NCBI GenBank assembly: GCA_963668675.2
Contig: CAXXMB010000002.1
Coordinates: 2,944,001-3,008,000, forward strand
Length of the DNA stretch: 64,000 nt
Source: an uncultured Desulfatitalea sp.
GTDB taxonomy: Bacteria; Desulfobacterota; Desulfobacteria; Desulfobacterales; Desulfosarcinaceae
Direction: 5' to 3'
The notes beneath the pieces were generated by a model that had not been told where the DNA came from, did not search any database, and worked only from the letters and a program-made list of their open reading frames with translations. Both the position numbers and the translations under genes were made by a program. Below, one piece after another: positions 7,659 to 17,637 of the stretch; within the stretch, counting starts at the first letter, position 1, and each line of letters starts with the position of its first letter.

Positions 7659-9452
7659 TTAGCGCTCCCAATTCTTATGGTGGCCATTGTTGAGCAGGCT
7701 GCCGTAAGTGCTTTCAATGAGCCGTTCGATCTGGTCGGTGGTGGTCATTTTGAGCAGTTCGTCGGTGAACTGTCGGGCCTGGTCCCGGTTGAGCATCCGG
7801 ATGGCGTTTTTGATCATCGGGATGGCCTGAGGGTTGGTGCTCAACTCCTCGAATCCCATGCCGACCAGGATCGGGGCGTAGATGCTCTCGCCGGCCATTT
7901 CGCCGCACATGAAGACGGGGATGTTGTTGTGCTTGGCCGCTTCGGTGACGTGTTTGAGCAGGCGCAGTACGGCTGGGTGGATGGGGTTGTACAGGTAGGC
8001 CACGTTTCGGTTGCCGCGGTCGATGGCCATGGTGTACTGGATGAGGTCGTTGGTGCCGATGCTGAAGAAATCGACCTCTTTGGCGATGGTGTCGGCCATG
8101 ATGGCGGCCGAGGGCACTTCGATCATGACGCCCACGGGGATGCGCTTCTGGTGGGGCAGTCCGTCGTTTTTCAGAGATTGCAAGGCTTCGGCGATCAGCC
8201 GTTTGGCTTCGGTGACCTCCTCGACATGGGAGATGAGGGGCAGCAGGATGCGTACTTGTCCGTAGTTGGCGGCGCGCAGGATCGCGCGCAGCTGGGTGCG
8301 GAACACCTTGGGCTTTTGCAGGCAGTAGCGGATGGCGCGCAGGCCCAGTACCGGGTTTTCTTCCTGTTCGGTAATGTAGGACACGGCTTTGTCGCCGTTG
8401 ATGTCCAGGGTGCGGATGGTGACCGGCTTGTCGGGGATCACCTCGACCACATCTTTGTAGTTTTCGAAGAGTTCGTCTTCGCTGGGGAAGTTTTTACGCG
8501 CCAGGTACTGGAACTCGGTGCGATAGAGGCCGATGCCATCGCCACCCCGGTCGCGCACGGCGACCACCTCTTCTGGCAGTTCGATGTTGCCCATGACGGC
8601 GAGCTCCAGCCCGTCTATTGTTTTGGCCGGCAGGTGGCCGCTGCGAGCGTAGAGGGCCCGGCGCTCTTCGAATGCGGTTTTGCGGATCTCGGCTTGGGCC
8701 AGGGTCTCTTCGCTGGGGTTGATCACCACGATGCCGGCGTTGCCGTCGACCACGATGATATCGTCGTTCTGGATGACGCTGGTGGCGCGTTCCAGTCCGA
8801 GCACGGCCGGGATCTCCAGGCTGCGGGCGATGATGCTGGTGTGGGAGGCGCGCCCGCCGCTGTCGGTGACGAACCCCATGACCCGTTCAAGCTGGATCTG
8901 GCTGGTATCGGCCGGCGAGAGGTCGCGGGCCACGAGGATGACGCGTTTGGAGATGCTGCCGATATTGACGCTTTCCACTCCGGTCAAGTGCTTGAAGATG
9001 CGGTCTGAGACATTGACCACGTCCTCGGCGCGGTCTCGCAGGTAGGCATCGCCCATGCTCTCAAATAGCGGTTTGATGGCGAGGACCACTTTGCGCAGGG
9101 CCCATTCGGCATTGATCCGTTCGCGTTCGATGGTTTCGATGGTGCGCCCGTAAAGCATCTTGTCTTTGAGCAGTACGGCATGGGTCTCAAGAATCTTGGC
9201 GTTTTCGCGCAGCTCTTCGGGGGTGTCGTTGATGATCTCGTGCAGCTCGTCGGCGGCCTTTTTGACGGCGACTTTGAAGCGCTTTTTCTCCTCCTCCAGT
9301 TTCTTGTCGCTGACCGTGTACTTGGGCACCACATCGACGCCCTCCTTGTCGACCAGGTAGGCCTTGCCGATACAGATGCCCGGGGATCCGCCGATCCCGC
9401 GCAGTATGAGTTCCGGTGCTTCCTTTTCCGGCATGGGTTTGCTACTCTCCAA
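7659..9452 (-). CDS. ptsI: Phosphoenolpyruvate-protein phosphotransferase (PTS enzyme I)
   Basis: GGRASHTSI phospho-His motif, GIGLYRTE, FFSIGTNDLIQY, MCGEMAG. Confidence 0.95.
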   Translation of the reverse strand: MESSKPMPEKEAPELILRGIGGSPGICIGKAYLVDKEGVDVVPKYTVSDKKLEEEKKRFKVAVKKAADELHEIINDTPEELRENAKILETHAVLLKDKMLYGRTIETIERERINAEWALRKVVLAIKPLFESMGDAYLRDRAEDVVNVSDRIFKHLTGVESVNIGSISKRVILVARDLSPADTSQIQLERVMGFVTDSGGRASHTSIIARSLEIPAVLGLERATSVIQNDDIIVVDGNAGIVVINPSEETLAQAEIRKTAFEERRALYARSGHLPAKTIDGLELAVMGNIELPEEVVAVRDRGGDGIGLYRTEFQYLARKNFPSEDELFENYKDVVEVIPDKPVTIRTLDINGDKAVSYITEQEENPVLGLRAIRYCLQKPKVFRTQLRAILRAANYGQVRILLPLISHVEEVTEAKRLIAEALQSLKNDGLPHQKRIPVGVMIEVPSAAIMADTIAKEVDFFSIGTNDLIQYTMAIDRGNRNVAYLYNPIHPAVLRLLKHVTEAAKHNNIPVFMCGEMAGESIYAPILVGMGFEELSTNPQAIPMIKNAIRMLNRDQARQFTDELLKMTTTDQIERLIESTYGSLLNNGHHKNWER

Positions 9453-9735
9453 AACCGCTGTTGAACAGTTCAGCGATTCGATTCAAAATGTCCATATCCG
9501 ACGAGGCGTCGATTCGCACCCTTACCCGGTCGCCTTGTTGGGCTCCCAGGGTGAGGATGTCGATGATCTGCTTGGCGTCCACCTCCTCGTCGTCCGATTG
9601 GAGCCATACTCCCTTATCGGCCTCTTGGGCTGTTTTGGCAAGTTTGGCTGCTGAACGGGCATGCAGACCCAGTTCGTTGACGATTTTCAGTTCCCGATAG
9701 AGCAACTGATCCTTTTGTTCCATTTGGGTAGCCAT
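9442..9735 (-). CDS. ptsH: HPr family phosphocarrier
   Basis: NELGLHARSAA; VDAKQI, where the regulatory Ser position is Gln. Confidence 0.9.
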   Translation of the reverse strand: MATQMEQKDQLLYRELKIVNELGLHARSAAKLAKTAQEADKGVWLQSDDEEVDAKQIIDILTLGAQQGDRVRVRIDASSDMDILNRIAELFNSGFGE

Positions 9736-9915
9736 TCGAGATCGAGCCTGACTAGGTGGATTGGAGGCTGTCGCATTTTATAAAGCTGTTGTTAGTACCA
9801 TCATCATCCGACAGTGTCAACGGGGTTTGATTGACAATTTGATAGTATGCCGATAAGAAACAGATTATTGTAATTTAACGAAAAACCTAAGCAGGGGTCC
9901 CACGGAGGATGGGTT

Positions 9916-10566
9916 ATGGAAAAGCAATTTCTGATCGACGATCTCAAACTGAGCGAATCATGGCGGCTGTTTCGTATTCTGGGTGAATTTGTTGAGGGGG
10001 TGGAGCGGCTGCACGACCTTGGGCCGGCGGTGAGTATATTTGGGTCTGCCCGGATTCAGCCGGACGATCCGATCTGCCAGAAGGCCGAGCGCATTGCCGA
10101 GCTTTTTGCACAAAACAAATTCGCGGTTATCACGGGCGGCGGCGGCGGGGTCATGGAGGCGGCCAACAAAGGCGCAGCAAGGGCCGGCGGACCTTCAGTG
10201 GGGCTTAATATAAAATTACCGTTCGAGCAGGCGCCCAATCCCCATGCGGATCTGCAGATAGAGTTCAACTATTTTTTCATCCGCAAGGTGATGTTTATCA
10301 AATATGCATACGCGTATATTGCCATGCCGGGCGGATTTGGAACTTTGGATGAGGTGTTCGAGGTGATGACCCTGATTCAGACCCGGCGGGTCAAGCCGTT
10401 CCCCATCATTCTGGTGGGCAGCGACTACTGGTCAGGGCTGCTTGACTGGATCAAGGAGCAATTGAGGGAGACGGGGAAGATCTCGCCGAATGATATCGAT
10501 ATCGTTCAAATCATCGACGATCCGGAAGAGGTGGTGGAGACTGTGAAACGCTTCGTGATTGTGTAG
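9916..10566 (+). CDS. LOG family (TIGR00730) nucleotide phosphoribohydrolase
   Basis: FGSAR, TGGG.GVMEAANKGA, PGGFGTLDE. Confidence 0.9.
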   Translation: MEKQFLIDDLKLSESWRLFRILGEFVEGVERLHDLGPAVSIFGSARIQPDDPICQKAERIAELFAQNKFAVITGGGGGVMEAANKGAARAGGPSVGLNIKLPFEQAPNPHADLQIEFNYFFIRKVMFIKYAYAYIAMPGGFGTLDEVFEVMTLIQTRRVKPFPIILVGSDYWSGLLDWIKEQLRETGKISPNDIDIVQIIDDPEEVVETVKRFVIV

Positions 10567-10643
10567 TTGGCTGCCGCTATCGGTTGGGAGTGCAAAGGCA
10601 GCTGATGGTGGCAATGGCTATCGCCTATTGAGATAGATAGGAT

Positions 10644-12233
10644 GTGATCTTGGTTGATCAGGCATCATACGAAACGTTGTCTCGGGAGGTCGCGGCGCTC
10701 AAGGCGCAGTCCGAGAGGCTGCTTGCAGCCGAGGGGGCGGTGCAGCGAAACAATGAGTATCTGACCGCCCTGCACGAAACCGCCCTGGGCCTGATCGACA
10801 AGCTCGATACCCAGGAGTTGCTGCAGACCATCCTCGAGCGGGCCGTGGCGCTGGCCCGAACCCGGCATGGGTACATCTATCTTTGCGGGCCGGACGACAG
10901 CTACATGGAGATCCGGGTTGGCATGGGGTTTTTCAGCGGCCAGTTGGGGCGCCGGGTGAGTTGCGGCGAGGGGATGGGAGGCAAGGTGTGGCAGGCAGGG
11001 CGTCCCCTGGTGGTGGATGATTACCAGCGTTGGCCTGATCGTCTGCCCGACGACTCCCTGGACCGCCTGCATTGCATCGTGGGCATTCCGCTCAAATTCG
11101 ACCAGCGGATACGGGGGGTGATCGGGCTGGGTCATGTGGACCCGGATCGCCACTTCGATCAGGAGGCCGTTCAGCTGCTGGAGCGTTTTGCAGCGCTGGC
11201 CCTCTTGGCTCTCGAGAAGGCCGAGCTCTATATGAAGGTGCGCCGGGAGCTGGGCGAACGGCAGAAGGCCGAAGCGCGTATACGTGAAAGCGAACAGCGC
11301 TATCGCAATTTTCTGGAGTCCTCCCCGGACCCGATCGTGGTCTACAACATGGAGGGGATCGCCACATACGCCAATCCCGCCTTCGAGAGGACCTTCGGCA
11401 TGTCGCGGCAGGAGATATTGGGCCAGAGGGTCGATTTCGTCCCACCCGAGGCGTGGCCGGAGACCCGTGCCGCCATCGACGCCATGCTCCACGGTCAGAC
11501 GATCAAGCTGTTCGAGACCCGGCGTTTGACCAAGGACGGCCGTAAGCTGGATGTCCAGATCAGCTCGTGTCTCTACATGGACGACTCGGGCAACCATGTG
11601 GGCAACATCGTCACCCTGCGCGATATTTCAGATCGCAAGCGGGCCGAACGGGCGCTGCACAACTATCAGGATCAGCTCGAAGCGCTGGTGCAGGAGCGCA
11701 CCCAGGAGCTGAACGTGGCCAATGAGCATCTTGGCCGGGAGGTGGATGACCGCAAGCGGGCCGAGAAGGCGCTGCGCAGGCGGGAGGTGGATCTGCAGGC
11801 TCAGTCCCAGCATCTGGAGGAGGTCAACACGGCACTGCGGGTGCTGCTCAAGCAGCGCGGTGAGGACAAGGACGAGTTGATCAATAATGTGATGAACAAT
11901 GTCAAAGAGCTGGTGTTGCCCTATCTTGAACGGATCAACCAGACACGCATGAGCACGCGCCAACAGACCCTTGTGCGTATCCTTGAGTCCAACTTGAACC
12001 ATATCGTGTCGCCCTTCGTGCAGCGACTATCTGCCCGCATGGCCGGTTTGACGCCGGCGGAGATCCGTATTGCCAATCTGATCAAGGAGGGCAAGACCAA
12101 TAAGGAGATCGCCGGGCTCATGTTCATCTCCAAAAACACCGTGCTCTATCATCGGCACAATATCCGCAAGAAACTAAAACTCACCGGCACCGCCGTAAAC
12201 CTGCGGTCTCACTTGTTGACCATGGATGAGTAG
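10644..12233 (+). CDS. GAF-PAS-LuxR transcriptional regulator
   Basis: GAF (GEGMGGKV), PAS, C-terminal LTPAEIRIA...NKEIA...HRHNIRKKL. Confidence 0.9.
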   Translation: MILVDQASYETLSREVAALKAQSERLLAAEGAVQRNNEYLTALHETALGLIDKLDTQELLQTILERAVALARTRHGYIYLCGPDDSYMEIRVGMGFFSGQLGRRVSCGEGMGGKVWQAGRPLVVDDYQRWPDRLPDDSLDRLHCIVGIPLKFDQRIRGVIGLGHVDPDRHFDQEAVQLLERFAALALLALEKAELYMKVRRELGERQKAEARIRESEQRYRNFLESSPDPIVVYNMEGIATYANPAFERTFGMSRQEILGQRVDFVPPEAWPETRAAIDAMLHGQTIKLFETRRLTKDGRKLDVQISSCLYMDDSGNHVGNIVTLRDISDRKRAERALHNYQDQLEALVQERTQELNVANEHLGREVDDRKRAEKALRRREVDLQAQSQHLEEVNTALRVLLKQRGEDKDELINNVMNNVKELVLPYLERINQTRMSTRQQTLVRILESNLNHIVSPFVQRLSARMAGLTPAEIRIANLIKEGKTNKEIAGLMFISKNTVLYHRHNIRKKLKLTGTAVNLRSHLLTMDE

Positions 12234-12300
12234 TGGCAAAAACCCACTATTAACCCACTATTTTATCAACTTGACAACCTTCCGGGGCGTGCGTTTTAAT
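12231..12300 (+). promoter_or_regulatory. Putative activator sites plus sigma70 promoter of the ABC operon
   Basis: TAGTGG then AACCCACTATT x2 (12241-12262); TTGACA 12271; TTTAAT 12295. Confidence 0.55.
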
Positions 12301-12406
12301 ACCTTTACCGCTCTATTCAATCTGGTGCTGTTCAATCTGAAGCTGTGATTCCGGTTTGCGGTGTGCAAACACAACTTAAAACAATGACTCCTGGCCCCAC
12401 TGCCCT

Positions 12407-13168
12407 ATGAATGCTTTATCGGTTTCCAACGTGACACTTACCTTTGGCGGGCTGCATGCGCTCTCCGATGTCAGCCTTTCGATCCAGCCGGGTCTGATCA
12501 CTTCGATCATCGGTCCCAACGGGGCCGGGAAGACCAGTATGCTTAACTGCATCTCCGGGTTCTACCACCCCACGCACGGTCAAATTCTCTACGGGGAGCA
12601 CTCCCTGAGCCATGCATCGCCTCACCAGGTGTCGAGTTGGGGGATCGCTCGCGCCTTTCAGAACATTGAGCTTTTCGGCGGGTTGACCGTGCTGGATAAT
12701 CTGATGCTGGCGCGGCATCGCAAGCTTCACTACAGCTTTTTGCACGCGGTGGTCTATATGGGGAAGGCGTCTCGCCTGGAGGCAGAAAACAGGGCTTATG
12801 TCGAAGATATCATCGATTTCATGGAGCTTGAGCCCTACCGCAAACATCCGGTGGGCAATCTGAGCTACGGGGTTCAAAAACGGGTCGAGGTGGCCCGGGC
12901 GTTGACCCTGGCACCCGAACTGCTGCTGCTCGACGAGCCCATGGCTGGCATGAATATCGAAGAGAAAGAGGACATGGTGCGCTTTGTGATCGACATCCAG
13001 AAAGAGCGCCACACCACGGTGGTGCTGGTCGAGCACGACCTGGGCGTGGTCATGGATATCTCCGATCAGATCTACGTGCTCGATTTTGGAGAAGTGATCG
13101 GTGCGGGCCGCCCGGACGAGGTGGCCAAAAATGCGAAGGTGGTGGAGGCATACATTGGAGAAGATTAA
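12407..13168 (+). CDS. Liv-type ABC transporter ATP-binding subunit (LivG-like)
   Basis: GPNGAGKT, LSYG, LLLDEP, VEHD. Confidence 0.92.
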   Translation: MNALSVSNVTLTFGGLHALSDVSLSIQPGLITSIIGPNGAGKTSMLNCISGFYHPTHGQILYGEHSLSHASPHQVSSWGIARAFQNIELFGGLTVLDNLMLARHRKLHYSFLHAVVYMGKASRLEAENRAYVEDIIDFMELEPYRKHPVGNLSYGVQKRVEVARALTLAPELLLLDEPMAGMNIEEKEDMVRFVIDIQKERHTTVVLVEHDLGVVMDISDQIYVLDFGEVIGAGRPDEVAKNAKVVEAYIGED

Positions 13169-13300
13169 AAGAAGTATGAAAGCAGAAAAGTTGAAGGTAT
13201 GAAAATGACGGTAGTCTATCGATTGATATAGCGAAGGGTTGGCTGCCGGCATCTTGTATTTGACTTCAGCCCTTATGCATAATTTTAGAGAAGAGTGCGC

Positions 13301-15238
13301 ATGACGGATCAGGATACATTGTTGGAATACACCATCCCCCAGCTGCTGCGGTGGCGGGTGGAGCTGACCGGCGATCGGGTCGCGTTGCGTGAGAAGGAGT
13401 TCGGCATATGGCGCAGCCTGACCTGGAAGCAGTACTACGAACTGGTGCGCAAGGCTGCGCTGGGTCTGGAGCAGATCGGTTTGCGCAAGGGGCACACCAT
13501 CGCCGTGATCAGCGATAATATACCGGAGATCCTGATCGTTGCCATCGGCGCCCAATCACTGGGGGCGATTTCCGCCGGTATTTATCAGAGCAGTTTGCCC
13601 CACGAGATCGCTGACATCCTCAACTACATAGAGGCCAGGTATGTCTTCTGCGACGATCAAGAGCAGGTCGACAAACTGGTCGAGGTGCGCGCCAAGATCC
13701 CCAGCATCCAAAAGGTGATCTACGAAGACCCCCGTGGCATGCGGGGCTACCGCAGCGACGAGTGGTTTGTCTTCATCGAGGATATCTACCGGTTAGGCGA
13801 AGCGTGTCTGGAGGAGAACGAAGCGCTTTTCGACGATATGATTGCCAAGGGCAAGCCGGACGATGTGTGCCATCTTTGCCTCACCTCCGGCACCACCGGT
13901 TTGCCCAAGGGCGCCATGATGACCCACCGCAACTATATCAATATGGGGGTTCAGATCACCAAAGCCGATCCTCTGGAGGCCGATGACGAATATATGTCGT
14001 TTCTACCGTTTGCCTGGATCGGCGAGCAGATGAACTCTTTCGGGGTGGCGCTGGCCACAGGCATATCGATCAATTTTCCCGAATCGGTGGAGACGATCAT
14101 GGCTGATCTCAAAGAGGTCGGCCCGCACTTCATGTTCGGCGCACCGAGAATCTACGAGACCATCCGTTCCGAGATCTGGTTGAAGATCGACGAGTCCTAC
14201 TGGCTCAACCGGACTTTCTACAACTACTTCATAAAGATCGGCCAGCAGGCGGCCGAGTACCGCATGAGCGGCCGCAAGATGCCGTTCAAACTGGCTGTGC
14301 TGGCCTGGCTCGGCAAAACCATGGTCTTCAATCCCTTGATCAATCAGTTGGGGCTGCTGAGGCTGCGACGGGCCTATACGGGGGGAGCGGCCCTGGGGCC
14401 TGAGCTGTTCACCTTCTACCAGGCCATCGGGGTGAACTTGAAACAGATTTACGGTCAGACCGAAATCACCGGGATCGCTTACATGCATCGGGACGGGGAT
14501 ATCCGTTCGGACACGGTGGGCGAACCGCTGCCCGGCACCGAGTGCCGCATCTCCGAAGATGGCGAAATTTTATCGCGTTCGGCTTCGGTGTGCGCCGGCT
14601 ATTTCAAGCTGCCGGAGAAGACCGAGGAGCTGCTCGAAGGCGGCTGGCTCCATTCGGGCGATGCCGGGTTCATCGACGAGAACGGCCACCTGGTGGTGAT
14701 CGATCGTGTATCCGATGTGATGCACAACAACGCCGGGGAGATGTTCAGCCCCATGTTCCTGGAGAACAAACTCAAGTTCAGCCCCTACATCAAAGAGGCG
14801 GTGATCTACGGAGATAAACAGGAATATGTGGCCGCTTTGGTCAATATCGACCCCATCATCGTAGGGAAGTGGGCTGAAGATCGACGCATCTCTTTTACCA
14901 CCTTCATGGATCTTTCCCAGAAGGAGGAGGTGGCTGATCTGATCTTCAAAGAGATTGTGGCCATCAACGATGCGGTGGAGAAGCCCCATTTCAAGATCCG
15001 GCGTTTTGCCATCCTGTATAAGTTGCTCGATGTGGACGACGGCGAACTGACAAAGACTGGCAAGATCCGGCGTGATTTCGTGCAAAACCGCTACCAGCCG
15101 CTCTATGAGGCCCTTTACGACAGGACTGTAGAGACCAAGAAGGTGGAAGCCACGTTCCAGTATCAGGACGGACAGACCACCACGGTTGAAACAGAGATGC
15201 GGTTTTACACGGTAGATGAGAATGAGGCAGTAACGTAA
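13301..15238 (+). CDS. Long-chain fatty acid-CoA ligase
   Basis: TSGTTGLPKG, YGQTE, GWLHSGD, LTKTGKIRR. Confidence 0.9.
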   Translation: MTDQDTLLEYTIPQLLRWRVELTGDRVALREKEFGIWRSLTWKQYYELVRKAALGLEQIGLRKGHTIAVISDNIPEILIVAIGAQSLGAISAGIYQSSLPHEIADILNYIEARYVFCDDQEQVDKLVEVRAKIPSIQKVIYEDPRGMRGYRSDEWFVFIEDIYRLGEACLEENEALFDDMIAKGKPDDVCHLCLTSGTTGLPKGAMMTHRNYINMGVQITKADPLEADDEYMSFLPFAWIGEQMNSFGVALATGISINFPESVETIMADLKEVGPHFMFGAPRIYETIRSEIWLKIDESYWLNRTFYNYFIKIGQQAAEYRMSGRKMPFKLAVLAWLGKTMVFNPLINQLGLLRLRRAYTGGAALGPELFTFYQAIGVNLKQIYGQTEITGIAYMHRDGDIRSDTVGEPLPGTECRISEDGEILSRSASVCAGYFKLPEKTEELLEGGWLHSGDAGFIDENGHLVVIDRVSDVMHNNAGEMFSPMFLENKLKFSPYIKEAVIYGDKQEYVAALVNIDPIIVGKWAEDRRISFTTFMDLSQKEEVADLIFKEIVAINDAVEKPHFKIRRFAILYKLLDVDDGELTKTGKIRRDFVQNRYQPLYEALYDRTVETKKVEATFQYQDGQTTTVETEMRFYTVDENEAVT

Positions 15239-15300
15239 CATGCAACAACGTCCCCCTCTGAAAAAGGGGGATTCAGGGGAAGAATTACGGGTAGCCTCCT

Positions 15301-16194
15301 ATGAGCTATTTTCTGCAACTGGTCGTCAGCGGTATCGTGGTGGGATCGATCTACGCCCTCTCCGGTTTAGGCTTTGTACTGATCTACAAATCCAGCCGGG
15401 TGCTCAACATCGCCCACGGCCAGATCATCGCTGCCGGTGCCTTCATCACCTACGCCCTGACCGTTTGGTTGGGCATCCCGCTCTACATCTCTTTTCTGGT
15501 CAGCATGGTGGTGACCTTCTTCCTTGCCATGAGTGTCGAGCGCATATTTCTGCGCCGCCTCATCGGAGAGCCGATCATTTCGGTCATCATGGTGACCATC
15601 GGCCTGATGTCCATCCTCGACGGTATCATCTATCTGACCCCCTTCGGCACGGTTAACTACTCCTTTCCGGAGTTTTTCCCCAAGACGCCCATCGAATTCC
15701 TTGGGGTCTCCATCTCCTGGACGCAGTTGGTCGGCGTCATCATCACCTTTGTATTTATCGGGCTGTTCACCTGGTTCTTCAAAAAGTCGACGGTGGGCAT
15801 CTCCATGCGGGCCGTGTCCGATGACCAGTTCGCTTCCATGTCGGTGGGGATCTCCGTGCCCAAGGTGTTCGGGCTGGCGTGGGCCATGGCCGGTCTGAGC
15901 GCAGCCGCGGCCGGTGGCATTATCGGCAATATTACCGGCCTCAACTTCGAAACCCTGCACGCTTTCGGCATTATCGTCTTTCCGGTGGTGATTCTGGGCG
16001 GGCTCGATTCGATCATCGGGGCAGTGGTGGCCGGTATCATAATGGGGTTGATCCAGCAGTTCGCAGCCGGTTACCTGGACGGCAACTGGGGCCTCAACGG
16101 GACGGCCGACGTGCTGCCCTACATTATTCTGTTGATCATTCTGCTTTTCAAACCGCACGGCCTGTTCGGAACGCATGAGATTGAACGGGTGTAG
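15301..16194 (+). CDS. Liv-type ABC permease (LivH-like)
   Basis: GSIYAL...LNIAHG, MRAVS, VVILGGLDS. Confidence 0.92.
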   Translation: MSYFLQLVVSGIVVGSIYALSGLGFVLIYKSSRVLNIAHGQIIAAGAFITYALTVWLGIPLYISFLVSMVVTFFLAMSVERIFLRRLIGEPIISVIMVTIGLMSILDGIIYLTPFGTVNYSFPEFFPKTPIEFLGVSISWTQLVGVIITFVFIGLFTWFFKKSTVGISMRAVSDDQFASMSVGISVPKVFGLAWAMAGLSAAAAGGIIGNITGLNFETLHAFGIIVFPVVILGGLDSIIGAVVAGIIMGLIQQFAAGYLDGNWGLNGTADVLPYIILLIILLFKPHGLFGTHEIERV

Positions 16195-16255
16195 GTGCTT
16201 CGATCCGATGATTTCGGTTCCGATGTGAACAGGGCAATGGAAGTAGTTCGATTTC

Positions 16256-16291
16256 AGTTTAAAGTGTTAAGTTTGAAGTTTAAAGTGAAGG
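16256..16291 (+). repeat. Heptamer tandem repeat tract
   Basis: AGTTTAA AGTGTTA AGTTTGA AGTTTAA AGTGAAG; shared with 19777 and 61047. Confidence 0.7.
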
Positions 16292-16325
16292 AAAAGATCG
16301 ATTAGATAGATGCAGGCAAATTGAC

Positions 16326-16350
16326 GTAGGGGCGGGGTTTATCCCCGCCC
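16326..16350 (+). repeat. GTAG-type REP-like palindrome
   Basis: GTAG-GGGCGGGG-TTTAT-CCCCGCCC. Confidence 0.65.
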
Positions 16351-16469
16351 GGGCAAACGCAAGAGCGCCTCGATGACAACGTGCCGGGTATATAGCAAAG
16401 GCGTTCGAGCACCAGAGCGATAGATTACAGGCAGAAAAGCAAACGCTTAAAATACATTGGAAAGAGATT

Positions 16470-17564
16470 ATGTCCGCGAATCGATGGCTGGCCACCGGCA
16501 ATTTTTTCAGCACTTACAGGGAAGAGCAGCGTATCTTTTTTACCCATCTCGATCGACTCGTATTTCTGGTTTTTCTCGCGGTGCTGTTTGCCTGGCCGTT
16601 GGCATTTGATGTCAGCAACAAGTATATGCTGGTGGTCGACAACATCTTGATTGCCATGGTGGCGATTATCGGGCTCAATCTGGTGACCGGGTTTGCCGGG
16701 CTGATCTCAATCGGGCATGCCGCCTTCGTGGGGGTGGGGGCTTACACCCTGGCCCTTTTTGCCCGCACCATGGGTGATTCTCATGTGCTGGTGACCCATG
16801 CCTGGCCGCTGATGCTGATCATCTCCGGTCTTGTCGGGTCTATTTTCGGCGCTTTCGTCGGTTTGCCGGCGCTGCGCCTGAAGCATCTCTACCTGGCCAT
16901 CGCGACGCTCTCGTTCCAGATGATTTTTCAGTGGACGATCAACTTCCTGCCGCTGTTCAACCAGGGGCAGACCATTCCCATCGGCCGGGTTTACTGGTTC
17001 ACCGGCATGGTGCCCCGCAAGGAGCACTACTTTTTCTGGTACTATGTGATATTGACCATCGTGGTCATCTTCGGCCTTGGGGTGCGCAACCTGTTGCGAA
17101 CGCGCTACGGAAGGTGTCTGGTGGCGGTGCGCGACAACGATCGGGCGGCCGACGCCATGGGGATGAATCCTGGGATGACCAAGGTGTACGCCTTTGCCCT
17201 GGCCGGCTTCTTCGCCGGTGTGGCCGGCGCCCTGCACGCCTATCTCTACCGCGGCGCGGGCATCGAATCGTTCACCCTGACCCAGTCGATCTCCTACCTG
17301 GCCATGGCCATCGTGGGCGGATTGGGCACCTTGACCGGATCGTTCTGGGGGCCGGCCGCCATCCGTATCCTTGACCTGCAGGTCGAAAATCTGGTTGAAT
17401 GGTCAGCGCAGTTCATGCCGGCCAACATGAACCTGGCCACGGCCCTCAAACCGTTGACCTTCGGGCTGGTCATCGTCCTTTTTCTGATGTTCGAACCGCG
17501 CGGCATCGCCAACTGGTGGCGCATTTGCCGTTCGTATTTGAAGCTTTGGCCTTTCCGCTACTGA
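16470..17564 (+). CDS. Liv-type ABC permease (LivM-like)
   Basis: GLISIGHAAF, LRLKHLYLAIATL, AVRDN. Confidence 0.92.
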   Translation: MSANRWLATGNFFSTYREEQRIFFTHLDRLVFLVFLAVLFAWPLAFDVSNKYMLVVDNILIAMVAIIGLNLVTGFAGLISIGHAAFVGVGAYTLALFARTMGDSHVLVTHAWPLMLIISGLVGSIFGAFVGLPALRLKHLYLAIATLSFQMIFQWTINFLPLFNQGQTIPIGRVYWFTGMVPRKEHYFFWYYVILTIVVIFGLGVRNLLRTRYGRCLVAVRDNDRAADAMGMNPGMTKVYAFALAGFFAGVAGALHAYLYRGAGIESFTLTQSISYLAMAIVGGLGTLTGSFWGPAAIRILDLQVENLVEWSAQFMPANMNLATALKPLTFGLVIVLFLMFEPRGIANWWRICRSYLKLWPFRY

Positions 17565-17637
17565 TCGCCGAAAGGCCGACGAGGGGTCTATCAATGGGCA
17601 AGGGGTTATGACGCCCGCCAAAAATGGGAGGGTACGT

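Noticed and set aside
7605..9008. 467-aa plus-strand ORF and many similar long antisense ORFs
   Set aside because: Shadow frames of real high-GC genes (here ptsI); no motifs of their own
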